This document shows, piece after piece, positions 61,565 to 64,000 of a stretch of 64,000 bases of DNA; position 1 is the stretch's first letter, and the number at the start of each line of letters is the position of its first letter. Origin of the DNA: Opitutales bacterium (GTDB lineage Bacteria; Verrucomicrobiota; Verrucomicrobiia; Opitutales; UBA2987); contig CBDDEL010000011.1 in the NCBI GenBank assembly GCA_965226885.1, positions 256,001 through 320,000 on the forward strand, written 5' to 3'. The translations under genes and the position numbers were made by a program. Under the pieces are notes generated by a model. It was not told the origin of the DNA. It saw only the letters and a program-made list of their open reading frames with translations, and made no database searches.

Positions 61565-62815
61565 CTGGGCCGTCTGCTCGGAGGGATTTCGTTTCGGCAT
61601 TTGTCGCGGGCTCTGGGCTGCAGCGATCTGTTGGCCGACTTTTGCCGTGTCCGGCAGATCGATGGCATCAGGGGCATCTCCAAAAGCACCCTGGAGCGGG
61701 CCTCGAAGTTTTTCAGCGAAGAGCAGTTGAGGGCCTTGCACCGGACCTTGACTGAGGTGGTGGGCGATGCCCTTCTGGCCCGGCAGGTGGGATTGGACAA
61801 GCCGATTGACACCACCATTTGCCTGATCGACGGCGCCTGTTTGGAGGCTAACATTCATTGGCCGACGGACTGGGTATTACTCAAGGATGTAGCCGGCACG
61901 TTGCTCAAAGCGATCCGGCTGATCCGCGAGAAGGCCGGTTTGCGCCATCGCATGCCGATCGAACCGGAGCCCTTGGCTCGGCAGATGAATCGGCTGTGCA
62001 TACAGATGACCCACAGCCGGCGGCGAAAGGACAGCGCGCGGCAGCGCAAGGGTATCTTGAGGCAGATGAAAAAGCTGCTCAAACGGATCGGGGAGCATGC
62101 CCGCAGTCACCGGGAATTATTGCAAGCCTGCTGGGAGCAAAGCGATTACAGCGAAAAACAGGTCCAACAGATCCTCGCCCGGATGGAGCGCATGAGCGAG
62201 CAAATCCCGGTGGTCATCAAACAGGCGCACGAGCGGATCATTGGCGGCCGCCAGGTGAAAAACGCAGAGAAAGTCTTGAGTGTTTACGAACTCGATGGGC
62301 AGGTGATTGTGCGAGGTAAAGCGGGCCAAGAGGTCGAGTTCGGCAACACCCTGTTTTTGGGAGAAAGCGTTGAAGGGTACCTGCTGGACTGGAAACTCTA
62401 CGGCAGCCGAACTCCAAGCGAAAATGAACAAATGCAAGAGAGTTTGCAAAGACAGAACCGCTTCAACCTGGAAGAACCCATAGCGGCCATGTGCGCGGAC
62501 CGGGGATTTGCCTCCCAGCGGGCCCGCCGGCAGTTAGCCCAGGAGGGAATCTACGACGCGCTCTGTCCACGCGATCCGAAGCAGTTGAAAAAACGGATGG
62601 AGGAACCACTGTTCAGACAATTGCAAAAGCGCCGGGCCAGCACCGAAGGGCGGATCGGGGTATTGAAGAATCGCTGGCAGGCCGGGCGGTTGCGCAGCAA
62701 AGGCTTTGCCAACCGCTCGATCAGCGTAGCCTGGTCGGTACTCTCGCACAACCTATGGAAAGTAGCCAAGATGCTGGCCCAGCAAGACGAACTAAAAACC
62801 AAAGCGGCGGCCTAG
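61565..62815 (+). mobile_element. ISNCY/IS5-like copy 3, 5'-truncated and with its 3' end interrupted at the stop codon
   Basis: Starts mid-gene (ctgggccgtctg, equivalent to 6461) and ends at the ctag used as the IS1380 target. Confidence 0.9.
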
Positions 62816-63639
62816 CCCGGATATTTCGTAAAAAAAGTATCGTTGATATGCTTAACTGCTGATATACAGCAGGATAGATCAATAATTAAAGCAATATCAG
62901 CGATGACAAAAGGTAAACAATTAAAGCTACAGTTGACAAGGGTAAAAGGCCGCCGTGTGCGGGTTGATTTCAAGGGCGGAGAGGTTACTTCGGATGCCGG
63001 ACTGCTTTTGATCCGGGAAGTGGATCGGCAGTTGGGCTTGACCGAACGAGCGGCCCGACAGTTAGTGGACAAACGGCAGAAGGGCAAAGTACGCCATGAG
63101 GTATTGGGGATGCTGCGGCAGCGCGTTTACGGGCTGGTGGCGGGCTATGAGGATTTGAACGACTTTGATACCCTGCGCCACGATCCATTGTTGCAAACGG
63201 TAACGGGGCGCATTGAAACGTTGGCCAGCGCGCCGACTGTGTGTCGTTTTGAAAACGGGCAGGATCGGCGGGCGGCCTTTGCGGTAAACGAGCTGTTGGT
63301 CGAACAGTTCATGGGCTCCTTTGCCGAGGAACCCGAAGAGATCATCCTGGACTTTGACGCCACCGACAATCCGGTGCACGGGCTCCAGGAGGGACGTTTT
63401 TTCCACGGTTATTATGATCATTACTGTTTTCTGCCGCTATATGTTTTTTGCGGTGATCAGCTGCTGGTGGCCTACCTGCGGCCGAGCAAGATCGATGCCA
63501 GCAAGCATGCCGGGGCCATCCTCAAATTGCTGGTTAAACGGATTCGCCAAAGCTGGCCCCGTACGCGGATTATTTGGCGCGCCGACAGTGGATTTTGTCG
63601 AGACCGGATACTCTCTTGGTGCGACCGCAACGAAGTTAG
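62816..63639 (+). mobile_element. IS1380 copy, left part, interrupted by another IS1380
   Basis: Left IR and transposase 5' half up to cgaagttag. Confidence 0.92.
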
Positions 63640-64000
63640 CCCGGATATCTCATGAAGGGTAAAGTTTGGCTCGTTATTGCTATTGGAGATGGATTTCTTT
63701 GTATTTTGAGCAGATCGTCTTGATTTTTAGGTGTTTTTCAGGGTGTAGAGACACTGCCCCCTTTCCCCCATTGGTTCGGTAGTGCCGGGGGCAGCACCAA
63801 TGCACCCTTTAGGTTGGCACCAATCGGCGGGCCGCATGGTTGAAAAGACTGGCCCAAGGATAACTCTCACTTAGGTGAAAGTGAATCGTTCGGGTGTTGC
63901 GCACGATGACCGCTCCGATCTTGATTAATTTGAGCCGCAGGGTGTGGCATTGGGCCCGCGCCCACTTCGTCCCTTTTAAGGCTAACCGGCGCATGGCTTC
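63640..64000 (-). mobile_element. IS1380 copy in the opposite orientation (right end; continues beyond the window)
   Basis: cccggatatctcatg (1 SNP in the IR), then the 3' non-coding end and the transposase C-terminus. Confidence 0.92.

Noticed and set aside
1..64000. RNA-guided or retro-element systems (TnpB/IscB, IS110, reverse transcriptase, DGR), prophage, tRNA or rRNA
   Set aside because: No RuvC/HNH, DEDD recombinase, YxDD RT, phage structural or structural-RNA signatures were recognised; all transposases are DDE types

Overview
Bacterial chromosomal window. The gene content (LpxL-WaaF fusion, VC0807-like protein, many Tat-exported Gfo/Idh/MocA and DUF1080 proteins) suggests the PVC superphylum, most plausibly Verrucomicrobiota/Opitutae; this is an inference. 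About one third of the window is insertion-sequence DNA: 18 copies or fragments of 7 near-identical IS types (IS1380 x6, ISNCY/IS5-like x3, one IS3 type x3, an IS407-like IS3 x1, IS21 x1, IS630 x2, IS1 x2). They form three nested piles (4.5-13.5 kb, 26.9-31.0 kb, 56.6-64 kb) and break at least four host genes: xseA, a DUF900-like alpha/beta hydrolase that was split, inverted and partly deleted, an MBL hydrolase and a DUF1080 gene. Host genes include coaB, a PAS histidine kinase, LPS genes, rpsO-pnp-surE and holA. The most interesting non-IS loci are: (i) a TPP riboswitch controlling a TonB-dependent receptor plus an amidohydrolase, a candidate thiamin-salvage module; (ii) a roughly 10-kb same-strand run joining a Tat-exported PaoABC-like molybdoenzyme to two Tat-exported Gfo/Idh/MocA oxidoreductases, DUF1080 and DoxX, next to ApbE, GT-C, GT2 and MFS genes; (iii) a 1052-aa secreted protein that carries a GH16 domain with an altered catalytic motif (EIDVLD) at the end of a long E/R/K-rich helical stalk. 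Several 14-28 bp perfect tandem duplications and a probable pseudoknot in the IS1380 3' end were also seen. No CRISPR array, rRNA or tRNA was recognised. All family calls come from motif recognition by eye, not from database searches.
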